Shown here: piece by piece, positions 1 to 8,946 of the stretch | How positions within the stretch are numbered: the first letter of the stretch is position 1 | How the letters are laid out: each line of letters opens with the position of its first letter | Assembly: GCA_965248535.1 (NCBI GenBank) | Contig: CBDFJR010000005.1 | Span: 2,176,001-2,240,000, forward strand | Length of the DNA stretch: 64,000 nucleotides | Source of the DNA: Phormidesmis sp. | GTDB taxonomy: Bacteria > Cyanobacteriota > Cyanobacteriia > Leptolyngbyales > Leptolyngbyaceae | Direction of reading: 5' to 3' | Translations under genes and position numbers: made by a program | The notes under the pieces: model-generated | Databases searched by the model: none | Told to the model about the DNA's origin: nothing | What the model saw: only the letters and a program-made list of their open reading frames with translations

Positions 1-1373
1 GCTGGAGCCAGAGTGTCAATCTCATCGACAAACACCACGCAGGGGGCTGCCTGCCGCGCTTTCACAAACAGTTCTCGCACGGCTTGCTCAGATGCCCCCA
101 CCCATTTGCTCATTAGCTCAGGGCCGTTGACCGCGATAAAGTTGGCTCGTGCCTGAGACGCAACGGCTTTGGCCAGCAGCGTTTTGCCCGTGCCCGGCGG
201 GCCCCACAGCAGAATGCCCCGCGGGGCTTTGGCTTTGGTGCGCTGATAGAGTTCGGGGTAGAGCAAGGCCCCTTCTACCGATTCTTGCAGACTTTGTTTG
301 ACCGATTCCAATCCCCCGATCGAGTCCCACGCAACATTAGGTGACTGCACCTCGACCGATCGTAAGACCGCAGGTTTAATCTGCTTAATCGCCTCTAGAA
401 AATCGGTCTGCGTGATGCTCATCGTAGGAGGAGTGGGATCGGTGAGCGCAGGCACCAAGCGGCGCAGCGCGATATAGGCCGCTTTTTGACAGAGGGCTTT
501 AAGGTCTGCACCAACCATGCCTCCGGCGAGATCGGCGATCGCATCCAAGTTCACCGTTTGATCGAGCGACATGGCTCGCGTCAAAATGCGAAGAATGTCT
601 AATCGTCCTGCCCGATCGGGAATGCGAAATTGAATCTCGCGGTCAAACCGCCCCGGACGACGCAGTGCGGGATCGAGGTGATCAGCCCGATTAGTCGCTG
701 CCAAGACGATCACGCCTTTGGTCTTGGCAAACCCATCCATCAAGCTCAACAGTTGGGCGACGACGCGCTTTTCGACCTCGCCTTCGACTTTGGAGCGATC
801 GGGGGCAAGACTATCAATCTCGTCAATAAAGACAATGCAGGGCGCAGAGCGGGCGGCTTTTTCAAACAGACTTCGCAGTCGCCCTTCGGCTTCGCCGTAA
901 TATTTGCCCATAATTTCGGGGCCGACGATCGCAATATAGTTCACGCCCAAATCTTCGGCTAGCGCACGGGCGGTGATCGTTTTGCCTGTGCCCGGAGGCC
1001 CGACCAAAAGCACGCCCCGCGGCGGTTCTAGCCCTAGTTTGGTGAGCAAGTCTGAGCGTTTGAGGGGCAGTTCTACCAGTTCGCGCAGTTCTCTGACGAT
1101 CGCCGACAGCCCGCCGATGCCGCTCAACGATTCTTGAGAATAGCTGCCAACCGGGGGCGGCGTGATCAGCACGTCATTGACTGATGGGGCAGAATTTGTC
1201 TGAGCAGAGTTGGTTTCGTCATTGGCTTCATGACGAGGTGGCCGGACTTGCGTTTGCACATCTACTCGAAATCCGCCGCTTTCGCTTCTGCCTTCTAAAT
1301 CTCTGACCAACTCTAGGAGATCTTCAAATCCCCGATCGATAAACTCTTCAAATTCCTTTAACAGGTCGCTCAT
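1..1373 (-). CDS. CDC48/VCP-like double AAA+ ATPase (3' end runs off the window)
   Basis: Manual translation from ATG 1373 gives two AAA modules ([13 protein letters not shown]...FIDEID...[23 protein letters not shown]...FVDEID). It is missing from the ORF track because there is no stop in the window. Confidence 0.9.
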   Translation of the reverse strand, partial: MSDLLKEFEEFIDRGFEDLLELVRDLEGRSESGGFRVDVQTQVRPPRHEANDETNSAQTNSAPSVNDVLITPPPVGSYSQESLSGIGGLSAIVRELRELVELPLKRSDLLTKLGLEPPRGVLLVGPPGTGKTITARALAEDLGVNYIAIVGPEIMGKYYGEAEGRLRSLFEKAARSAPCIVFIDEIDSLAPDRSKVEGEVEKRVVAQLLSLMDGFAKTKGVIVLAATNRADHLDPALRRPGRFDREIQFRIPDRAGRLDILRILTRAMSLDQTVNLDAIADLAGGMVGADLKALCQKAAYIALRRLVPALTDPTPPTMSITQTDFLEAIKQIKPAVLRSVEVQSPNVAWDSIGGLESVKQSLQESVEGALLYPELYQRTKAKAPRGILLWGPPGTGKTLLAKAVASQARANFIAVNGPELMSKWVGASEQAVRELFVKARQAAPCVVFVDEIDTLAP

Positions 1374-1482
1374 ATCAGTGTTCTCGCCCCAGTGACTTTA
1401 GTATAGACATTCCTATCGGGGGACGGAGTGCTGCTACGATCGCAGAAATATCCTCTGTCAGCAGAATGGGCTTTATTCAGTT

Positions 1483-1526
1483 CTTAACCATTCATTAGCA
1501 AGTTGATTAACTCAGCGGACTATTGT
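1483..1526 (+). promoter_or_regulatory. Possible SphR/Pho-box repeats and -10 element
   Basis: CTTAACCA, ATTAGCAA and ATTAACTC at 11-12 nt spacing, then TATTGT, upstream of a phytase-like gene. The matches to PyTTAAPyPy(T/A) are degenerate. Confidence 0.35.
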
Positions 1527-1673
1527 TCAGACTGATGTGTCAATCAAATTTAACCTGTGTGCCCCAATTTATTAAGGATGGTAGATTAATTTATCTCTAA
1601 GATTTAAACAAAGTCATTGGGTTGCCATTAAATCTATGCTGAATTTTAGGCTCTAGTTCTTTTCTAATAGAAT

Positions 1674-3470
1674 TTGATGAATTATGTCGCTCTGCCTCAA
1701 GTTTCTATTGTTACCAATCATCCTAGTACGTCTCTTCAAATTAGTAGCGATCGTCAATTTGCAGCCTCTCCAGATTCGTCAGTGCGGTTCGATCGGCGTT
1801 CTTATTTAATATCCGCTAGCAATCTCAAAACTTACACGCCGAAAAAATCAGATGCTCTAAAAACCATTCCCGGCTCCAGTCCAGGCAGTCATATTTTTGT
1901 GCTGACTCAGGGCAAAGGCACGGCTCTGATCAAAGACTTCAGCCTCAAAAACAAAGACCAAATCGGGCTGACAGGAAAGCTGACCTTTGAGCAACTAGCG
2001 ATCGCCGCAGGCACCCGCGCAACCGCCAACGATACGGTGATTCGAGTGGTCAACACGGGCGAAATTTTAGCCATTGTCAAAGGAGTTAAATCCAGCACGA
2101 TCGACGACACCACGTTTGTTAAATTAGACGACCACGATCGCATCCTTGCAACGGGCATCAGCCAGCTATTAGGACGAGCCATTCTCCCGGCGACGACGTT
2201 TGCACGGGGGCCGATTTCTGGACAGTTCTTGACCCTCAACAGTGATGGCACGATCGGAACCCTCAACGTCCACGGGCAGCCTGTCCCTTTTAAGGCGCAG
2301 CCTGTGCAAGGCTTTTCTGCCGTCTTGCCTGGTGCAAAACCCGGAACTTATCAGGTGCTGGTTGACAATGGCTATGGCGCAAAATCAACCTCTGCTGACT
2401 CGCTGCTGCGATTTTATGCGGTCGAGCCAGACTTTAAGACAGGCAAGGTCTATCCGGTGAGCGTCAAAACGGGCGATCGCTTAAACAGTTTTACGAGAGA
2501 TTGTCTGTTTCAACTCAACGACCAAAACAAACTGCTCAAAGGGTTTCAGACAATCGTCGCTGATCTCAACACCTATCCCGGTAGTGAAAAGCTCAAGCCT
2601 GGCGGCACTCCGGTCGATGCGGCGATCAAAGCGGGTCGGCTGCTCACAGGCGCAGATTTTGACTTAGAATCGTTTCGGCGATCGCCCGATGGCACCTACT
2701 GGTTTGGCGAAGAATTCGGCCCGTTCTTGCTGCACACCAATGCCATCGGTACGCTGCTTGAAGCTCCAATTCCCACACCAGCCCCCGATTTTGCTCATCA
2801 GCCGTTTGTACGATCGCCCGACCATCCCGCTTTTGCCCAACTCTCAGACCCAGACAGAATCAAATCGGCTAACCTGGGCAGATCAAATGGATTTGAAGGA
2901 CTGGCACTCAACGCCACGGGCGATAAGCTCTATGCCATGCTAGAAGGCGCTCTCGTCAGTGATTCTAATCAAAACCGACTGCTGATCAGTGAATTTGATC
3001 TCAAAACTAAAAAATACACTAGAAAAACATTCTCTTATCGTTTAAACACACCCGGACGATCAATCGGAGATCTGACTGCGATTAACAATCATGAATTCAT
3101 TGTGATTGAAAGAGATAATGGACAAGGGAACGCCAATGATCCGGCATTTCCTAATCCTGCCCGGTCTAAAAAGCTCTACAAAATTGATTTGCGGGTGCTC
3201 GATCGCGATGGCTTTGTCGAAAAAGTGCTGTTAGCAGATTTGCTGAATATCTCTGACCCACAGACGATTGGCGGCAGCGCGACCAAAAATGGCGTGTTTA
3301 CCTTCCCGTTTGTGACGATCGAAGACGTGCTGCCGATCGATGCTCAAACGTTGCTAGTGATTAATGACAACAATTACCCCTACAGCATCGGCCGGACTCC
3401 CGGACAAATCGACAACACTGAGTTCATTAAACTCAGATTAAGCAAGCCCCTTGATTTAACCGTGCGCTAG
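1674..3470 (+). CDS. Esterase-like activity of phytase family protein (beta-propeller)
   Basis: Motifs QGFSAV, DNGYG, DFDLES, EEFGP, SNGFEGLA, IERDNG, FPFVTIE, NDNNYP; start uncertain. Confidence 0.85.
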   Translation: MMNYVALPQVSIVTNHPSTSLQISSDRQFAASPDSSVRFDRRSYLISASNLKTYTPKKSDALKTIPGSSPGSHIFVLTQGKGTALIKDFSLKNKDQIGLTGKLTFEQLAIAAGTRATANDTVIRVVNTGEILAIVKGVKSSTIDDTTFVKLDDHDRILATGISQLLGRAILPATTFARGPISGQFLTLNSDGTIGTLNVHGQPVPFKAQPVQGFSAVLPGAKPGTYQVLVDNGYGAKSTSADSLLRFYAVEPDFKTGKVYPVSVKTGDRLNSFTRDCLFQLNDQNKLLKGFQTIVADLNTYPGSEKLKPGGTPVDAAIKAGRLLTGADFDLESFRRSPDGTYWFGEEFGPFLLHTNAIGTLLEAPIPTPAPDFAHQPFVRSPDHPAFAQLSDPDRIKSANLGRSNGFEGLALNATGDKLYAMLEGALVSDSNQNRLLISEFDLKTKKYTRKTFSYRLNTPGRSIGDLTAINNHEFIVIERDNGQGNANDPAFPNPARSKKLYKIDLRVLDRDGFVEKVLLADLLNISDPQTIGGSATKNGVFTFPFVTIEDVLPIDAQTLLVINDNNYPYSIGRTPGQIDNTEFIKLRLSKPLDLTVR

Positions 3471-3589
3471 CTCGCCAGACTTTTAGATCGGGAATTGAAG
3501 AGATCGCCATTCATCAAACCAGAATCGATCTTGAGGCATCGCCGTGCCTATTGCTCGTGCCAGTGACCGATCGGGTTTAAGGTACAATC

Positions 3590-3979
3590 CTAAAGGCCTT
3601 CGACCTGATTGCGATAATCAGTCGCCGTCATCGCATCATCTAAATCGTCAAAATGGTTCACTCGAACTTTGAGCAGCCAGCCTTCGATATAGGGATCGTC
3701 GGCAAGCTTTTCTGGTGCGTCTACCATCGCGGTGTTGCTCTCAATGACAGTGCCCGTCACAGGAGACTTCAAATCTTCGACCGCCTTGACTGACTCAACC
3801 GTGCCAAAGCTTTCGCCTTTTTCGATCGCAGCGCCCACGTCAGGCAACTCTAGAAACACAATGTCACCGAGTTGATCGATCGCAAAGGCGCTAATGCCCA
3901 CGGTGGCAATTTCGCCTTCGAGCCGCACATATTCGTGAGTGTCGAGATATTTCAGATCTTCGGGATATTCCATCGCCAT
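3590..3979 (-). CDS. gcvH: Glycine cleavage system H protein
   Basis: HEYVR...[15 protein letters not shown]...ESVKAV lipoyl-lysine motif; start trimmed to MAMEYP. Confidence 0.95.
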   Translation of the reverse strand: MAMEYPEDLKYLDTHEYVRLEGEIATVGISAFAIDQLGDIVFLELPDVGAAIEKGESFGTVESVKAVEDLKSPVTGTVIESNTAMVDAPEKLADDPYIEGWLLKVRVNHFDDLDDAMTATDYRNQVEGL

Positions 3980-4044
3980 TGGGGGTGCTCGATCGCTAAA
4001 TTCATCCTGCCTCAAAATCTTACCCTTGCCCGCAGATTTTTGGG

Positions 4045-4587
4045 CTAATCAAACTCAGGTGCCCACAAATCTACCACAGGCACTTCCCAGCCCGGCAGCA
4101 CATCGGGAAGGGTTAGCATATCTCCGTCGCGTAGCGTTACGATCGCTTGCCCCAATCGGTGTACCTCGACCGTATGATCATCAGGGTTGATCAAGATTCC
4201 CACTCTTGTTCCCAGCGATAAGAACTCTTGAATCTTGGTTCTGATTGCTTCTAGAGAATCAGTTGGAGACTTCACCTCTACAGTCAGGTCGGGGGCAAGT
4301 TGGGCAAAAGACTTCGGGCTACGGCGCAATCGTTCTGCCAGCACAAAGGACGCATCTGGGGCCCGTAGATCTGAGTTTGGCAGCCGAAATCCGGCACTAG
4401 AAGCCGCGATCCGTCCTAGCTTTCGAGGTCTTACCCAGTTTCCCAGCACTCGGATCACTTCGGCGGCCACTTCGTCTGACTCATAGCCCGATGGACTCAT
4501 AACGACAATTTCTCCCCTAATTAGCTCCATCCGCCAATCGGGATGATCTGCCTGCAAGGTGCTCAAATCCTCAACCGTAAGACCCAT
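4045..4587 (-). CDS. Uma2 family (PD-(D/E)xK) endonuclease-like protein
   Basis: [33 protein letters not shown] motifs. Confidence 0.9.
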   Translation of the reverse strand: MGLTVEDLSTLQADHPDWRMELIRGEIVVMSPSGYESDEVAAEVIRVLGNWVRPRKLGRIAASSAGFRLPNSDLRAPDASFVLAERLRRSPKSFAQLAPDLTVEVKSPTDSLEAIRTKIQEFLSLGTRVGILINPDDHTVEVHRLGQAIVTLRDGDMLTLPDVLPGWEVPVVDLWAPEFD

Positions 4588-4602
4588 ATGACCTCCTGGA
4601 AG

Positions 4603-5730
4603 TTAGACTTTTTTAGCGCGATAAAACGGTCGCTTGACCACGATCGCTGGATAGGGTTTGCCCCGAATCTCCACGTCGAGCGATTGCCCCACCTGAGCCA
4701 GCGCGATCGGAACGTAGGCTAGGGCGATCGCGCTGCCCACCGTTGGGGCCAACGTGCCGCTTGTGACCCTGCCGACGGCTTGACCCTCGTGCAGCACCGG
4801 GTAGTCATGACGGGCAATGTTGCGACCCTGCATTTGCAGCCCGACCAGTCGTCGAGTCACCCCCAATTTTTTTTGCTGTTCAAGGGCTGACCGCCCGATA
4901 AAATCGCCCTTGGTATCGAGGTGCACAATCCAGCCCAGCCCAGCTTCTAGGGGCGAGGTGGTGTCGTCGATGTCTTGCCCATAAAGGGCCATTGCAGCTT
5001 CTAGTCGCAGGGTGTCGCGGGCCCCCAACCCACAAGGAGTCACACCGGAGGCGAGGAGCGATCGCCAAAGCCCGATCGCAACTTCGGGGTCAAGCATCAC
5101 CTCAAACCCATCTTCCCCGGTGTAGCCTGTGCGGGCCAGAAACGCGGGTTGACCCAAAACCTTCGCCTCTAGATGTCCGAAGGCTTTGATCGGCGTAAGG
5201 TCAGCCTCTACTAACGCTTGCAGATGACGCACGGCATCCGGCCCCTGCACTGCAATCAACGCTTTTGAGAGTGACTGATCTTCAAAGCTGATCTGAGGGC
5301 GATCGAGATGTTCGAGCATCCAGGTTTTATCTTTGAGCGTCGTGGCGGCGTTGACAATGATCATCCAGCGCTGATCCCCGTCAGCATCCAACCCTTGGTT
5401 ATAGAAAATTAGATCATCAATGATGCCGCCCTGCGGATTGAGCAAAACCGTGTATTGAGCCTGTCCAGACTGCAAACGGCTGAGATCAGACGGCACTAAA
5501 GATTGAATCTGACCCAAAACATCCCTGCCCTTGAGCGCAAACTTGCCCATGTGAGAGATGTCAAACATCCCCGCCGCCGTGCGAACTGCTTGATGTTCTT
5601 GCCCAATGCCGCTGAACTGAACGGGCATCTCCCAGCCTGAGAAGCCTGTCATGCGGGCCTTGAGTTCGATTGCAAGGGCAAAGAGAGCCGTGCGAGCTAA
5701 GAGATCTGGGGTGTCGGTTGGGTCAGTCAC
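4603..5730 (-). CDS. gcvT: Glycine cleavage system aminomethyltransferase T
   Basis: [38 protein letters not shown]. Confidence 0.97.
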   Translation of the reverse strand: MTDPTDTPDLLARTALFALAIELKARMTGFSGWEMPVQFSGIGQEHQAVRTAAGMFDISHMGKFALKGRDVLGQIQSLVPSDLSRLQSGQAQYTVLLNPQGGIIDDLIFYNQGLDADGDQRWMIIVNAATTLKDKTWMLEHLDRPQISFEDQSLSKALIAVQGPDAVRHLQALVEADLTPIKAFGHLEAKVLGQPAFLARTGYTGEDGFEVMLDPEVAIGLWRSLLASGVTPCGLGARDTLRLEAAMALYGQDIDDTTSPLEAGLGWIVHLDTKGDFIGRSALEQQKKLGVTRRLVGLQMQGRNIARHDYPVLHEGQAVGRVTSGTLAPTVGSAIALAYVPIALAQVGQSLDVEIRGKPYPAIVVKRPFYRAKKV

Positions 5731-5909
5731 GCGGCGATCGTCCTCTCTCTATTTTTCATTCTTAAGGTAGCAGGGAAAAAGAACTGATCCCTGACTCTGC
5801 CTCAATTGTGATCCCCCTTGACAATCTTCTTCTATTTACCCCTTGTCAACGGCACCATACAGACAGACACTATTGATGGGAGTTGAAGTGGCAGCAACGA
5901 GGTCTCTTT

Positions 5910-7208
5910 GTGAAAAAAGTATTAGCAATCATTTTAGGCGGGGGAGCCGGAACTCGCCTCTACCCGTTAACCAAGCAGCGCGCAAAGCCTGCGGTTCCTC
6001 TCGCTGGCAAATATCGTCTGATTGATATCCCGGTTAGTAACTGTATTAATTCAGAAATCTTTAAAATTTACGTTCTGACTCAATTTAACTCTGCTTCTCT
6101 CAACCGACATCTCACAAGAGCCTATAACTTTTCATCTGGGTTTAACGACGGCTTTGTTGAAGTTTTAGCCGCCCAACAAACTCCCGAAAACCCCAACTGG
6201 TTTCAGGGCACTGCTGACGCGGTGCGGCAATATCTCTGGCTGCTGCAAGAATGGGATGTTGATGAATACATCATTCTCTCTGGCGATCACTTATATCGGA
6301 TGGATTATCGCCAGTTTGTGCAGCGTCACCGCGAGACCGGGGCTGATATCACTCTGTCAGTGGTGCCGATGGATGAGCGCCGGGCCTCTGATTTTGGCTT
6401 GATGAAAATCGACCAAGCAGGGCGAGTGATCGACTTCAGCGAAAAGCCCAAAGGCGATGCGCTCAAAGATATGCAGGTCGATACGACCGTTTTAGGGCTG
6501 ACGGCTGATCAGGCGAAAGAAAACCCCTACATTGCCTCTATGGGCATTTATGTTTTTAAGAAAGAGGCCTTGGTCAAACTGCTGCGGCAAGCGCCCGATC
6601 AGACCGATTTTGGTAAAGAAATTATTCCAGCTTCGGCCCTGACCCACAACGTTCAGGCTTTTTTGTTTAACGATTATTGGGCCGATATTGGAACGATCGA
6701 GGCCTTTTATGAGGCTAACTTGGCGCTGACTCAACAGCCCAACCCTCCCTTCAGCTTTTATGATGACAAAGCTCCGATCTATACTCGTCACCGTTTTCTG
6801 CCCCCCAGCAAATATTTTGACTGCAAAATCACCGAGTCGTTAATCGGCGAGGGCTGCATTCTCAAAGACTGCCGCATTAGCCATTCGGTTTTGGGCGTGC
6901 GATCGCGCATTGAGGGCGGAGCCACGATCGAAGACACGTTGATCATGGGGGCTGACTTCTATGAAGACTATGCCGAACGGCAATCAGAACTCGACTGTGA
7001 CAATGCTCAAGTTCCCTTGGGCATTGGCAAAGACTCGGTGATTCGACGGGCGATCATCGACAAAAACGCCCGCATTGGCTGCAACGTTCACATTGTCAAC
7101 AAAGATCGGGTCGAAGAAGCCAATCGAGAGAATCAAGGGTTCTACATTCGCAGTGGCATCGTCGTGGTGTTGAAAAATGCGACGATTCCCGATGGAATGG
7201 TGATTTAG
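5910..7208 (+). CDS. glgC: Glucose-1-phosphate adenylyltransferase
   Basis: [35 protein letters not shown]; likely GTG start at 5910. Confidence 0.97.
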   Translation: MKKVLAIILGGGAGTRLYPLTKQRAKPAVPLAGKYRLIDIPVSNCINSEIFKIYVLTQFNSASLNRHLTRAYNFSSGFNDGFVEVLAAQQTPENPNWFQGTADAVRQYLWLLQEWDVDEYIILSGDHLYRMDYRQFVQRHRETGADITLSVVPMDERRASDFGLMKIDQAGRVIDFSEKPKGDALKDMQVDTTVLGLTADQAKENPYIASMGIYVFKKEALVKLLRQAPDQTDFGKEIIPASALTHNVQAFLFNDYWADIGTIEAFYEANLALTQQPNPPFSFYDDKAPIYTRHRFLPPSKYFDCKITESLIGEGCILKDCRISHSVLGVRSRIEGGATIEDTLIMGADFYEDYAERQSELDCDNAQVPLGIGKDSVIRRAIIDKNARIGCNVHIVNKDRVEEANRENQGFYIRSGIVVVLKNATIPDGMVI

Positions 7209-7224
7209 AAACGATGACGGCTAT

Positions 7225-7273
7225 AAAAAATGAGAGATGAAGCAGATAGGTTGGTTTCACCTCCCATTTTTTT
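7225..7273. terminator. Bidirectional intrinsic terminator between convergent glgC and aroF
   Basis: AAAAAATGAGAGATGAAGC...GGTTTCACCTCCCATTTTTTT imperfect hairpin with A and T tracts on both sides. Confidence 0.6.
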
Positions 7274-8128
7274 AAGCGATCGCTAACTGGGGGCTTTGAG
7301 CCTCATAGACCTGACGACCGATCGCTTCGGCAACGGGCTTGAGACTGCGGACTAGACTCACCATGTCGTTGAGAGCTAACGCTTGACGGGCATCAGAAAC
7401 AGACTTTTCTGGCTCTGGGTGACACTCAATGATCAGACCGTCGGCACCACACGCGATCGCGCCACGAGATAGATCCGCGATCAGTTCTCGCTTTCCGGCG
7501 GCATGGCTGGGATCGACCATCACAGGTAAATGAGTGATTTGTTTGAGGGCGACGACGGCTCCTAAATCCAGCACGTTGCGAGTGTAGGGGTCAAAGCTGC
7601 GAATGCCTCGCTCGCACAGCACAACATTGGGGTTGCCGTGACTGACGATATATTCGGCGGCCATCACAAACTCCTCGATCGTCGCCGCCAACCCTCGCTT
7701 GAGCAAAATCGGCTTGTTGGCTTGTCCAACGGCTTTGAGCAGATCGAAGTTTTGCATATTGCGGCTGCCGATTTGCAGCATATCGGCATAGGCAGCGATT
7801 TCCTCGATCTGTGAAATGGCCATCACTTCAGTCACGACAGGCATCCCCGTAGCTGGTTGCGAACCTCTGCCAAGATTTCTAGCCCCTCGATGCCCATGCC
7901 CTGAAACGCATAGGGCGACGTGCGCGGCTTATAAACGCCACCTCGCAACGCTTGCACGGGCGCAAACTGAAGGTGACGGGCGACGGTTTCCATTTGCGTC
8001 AGGCTTTCGACGGTGCAGGGGCCGCCGATGACGACGATTTTTTGACCCCCGATCGCCACTCGCTCAGAGAGTTTAACGATCGTGTTCTGATTTGATTGAG
8101 ATTTAGCGACCAATTTTGCATCTTTCAT
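7272..8128 (-). CDS. aroF: DAHP synthase type I-beta, short form without N-terminal ACT domain; split by a frameshift near 7845-7860 (error or recent pseudogene)
   Basis: ORF 7832-8128 (IGGPCTVES, RGGVYKPRTSPYAFQG) and ORF 7272-7844 (QIGSRNMQNF, LKRG, CERGIRSF, DPSH) are contiguous halves; SD GGAG before ATG 8128. Confidence 0.9.
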
Positions 8129-8148
8129 GACCTAGACTCCTAAATAAT

Positions 8149-8178
8149 AAAAAAGCCCGAAACCTTTGGGTTCCGGGC
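8149..8178 (-). terminator. Attenuator terminator 2 (proximal to aroF)
   Basis: GCCCGGAACC-CAAA-GGTTTCGGGC 10-bp stem followed by UUUUUU, about 20 nt upstream of the aroF start. Confidence 0.9.
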
Positions 8179-8202
8179 CTGACGAACATTTGCACGACAG
8201 CT

Positions 8203-8265
8203 TCACCCAGAACTGGTTGGGATAAAAAAATAAAATCTAAATCGCCAGGAATTCAGGTGGAGCAT
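8203..8265 (-). CDS. Aromatic amino acid leader peptide 2 (MLHLNSWRFRFYFFIPTSSG)
   Basis: 20-aa ORF with a W-R-F-R-F-Y-F-F cluster; its 3' end GUUCUGGGU pairs with the 5' arm of terminator 2. Confidence 0.8.
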   Translation of the reverse strand: MLHLNSWRFRFYFFIPTSSG

Positions 8266-8279
8266 CAGAGAAAAAACCG

Positions 8280-8304
8280 AATCAGGACATTTAATCAGGA
8301 CATT
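8280..8304. repeat. 12-bp direct repeat AATCAGGACATT x2
   Basis: Identical copies at 8280-8291 and 8293-8304. Confidence 0.85.
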
Positions 8305-8332
8305 AAAAAACCGCAGAGGTTAGTCTGCGGTT
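8305..8332 (-). terminator. Attenuator terminator 1 (distal)
   Basis: AACCGCAGA-CTAACC-TCTGCGG stem-loop followed by UUUUUU. Confidence 0.88.
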
Positions 8333-8359
8333 CACTGGGGCGCTCACAACGAACGACAT

Positions 8360-8413
8360 TCACCCCAAGTGAACCGCCTCGCGCCAAAAAAAGAAAAACG
8401 TGTTGTGAGACAT
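8360..8413 (-). CDS. Aromatic amino acid leader peptide 1 (MSHNTFFFFWREAVHLG)
   Basis: 17-aa ORF with four consecutive Phe codons then Trp; its 3' end GCGGUUCACUUGGGGUG pairs with CGCCCCAGUGAACCGC, which overlaps the terminator 1 5' arm. Confidence 0.85.
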   Translation of the reverse strand: MSHNTFFFFWREAVHLG

Positions 8414-8445
8414 AAAAGGGTGCCGCTCGAAAACTGATTACTCTG

Positions 8446-8474
8446 AACTTAACAGAGGAACTCGATCGCGTCAA
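8446..8474 (-). promoter_or_regulatory. Sigma70-type promoter for the leader-aroF transcript
   Basis: TTGACG-N17-TAAGTT with extended -10 TGn. Confidence 0.65.
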
Positions 8475-8528
8475 GTACCTTAGATGAGGTTTGAAAAGTA
8501 TCGAAAGTTTCTTCGCTTCGTTGCCGTC

Positions 8529-8584
8529 CCGCCCGTGACTGCAAGTCCGGGCTAACGGGGCGAAACCCGTTTCAACGGGTTGAA
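8529..8584. repeat. REP-like double-hairpin element
   Basis: GCCCGTGACTGCAAGTCCGGGC and AACCCGTTTCAACGGGTT palindromes. Confidence 0.5.
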
Positions 8585-8665
8585 TTCAACTGCTACTAGG
8601 GATGACGCTGGGATTCGGTTGTTTCGCTGCGCCTTCTGAAAGGATACGGGTGTCGAGCAGATATA

Positions 8666-8902
8666 TCATAGATTGACGCGATCGGGAATGGGACTTTGAT
8701 CGCGGGTGAGGTCGAGTTCACCACTGGCAAGCGCTTCAGCGAGGGGAGAATCTTGTAGGAATTCGACAAGACTTTGGTGAGTAGGTTGGGGAGTTGAGGC
8801 TGGATTGGAGGCGGAGAGACTTTCGCTGAGGAGTTGAATGAGCCGCTGTTTTTCTGCGGGTTCAAGACCAAGGAGTTGTTGTTCTAATTCTTGGGTGAGC
8901 AT
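8666..8902 (-). CDS. Small antitoxin-like hypothetical protein
   Basis: ELEQQLLGLEPAEKQRLIQLL and SLVEFLQDSPL...ELDLTRDQS resemble cyanobacterial antitoxin-like small proteins; no toxin gene follows. Confidence 0.55.
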   Translation of the reverse strand: MLTQELEQQLLGLEPAEKQRLIQLLSESLSASNPASTPQPTHQSLVEFLQDSPLAEALASGELDLTRDQSPIPDRVNL

Positions 8903-8946
8903 GGGCGACGGGAATACATATTCACTTTCAGTTTATCGCTTCTGCT

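Noticed and set aside
630..962. Antisense and alternate-frame ORFs such as this one, 17709-18167 and 39998-40513
   Set aside because: They are shadows of well-supported genes on the other strand, with no motifs of their own
7845..7860. Programmed frameshift in aroF as a third regulatory layer
   Set aside because: No XXXYYYZ slippery heptamer or stimulator is evident; an error or mutation is simpler
8129..8474. T-box or metabolite riboswitch as the explanation for the aroF leader
   Set aside because: No T-box consensus or known aptamer is visible; both terminators are explained by uORF-overlapping antiterminators
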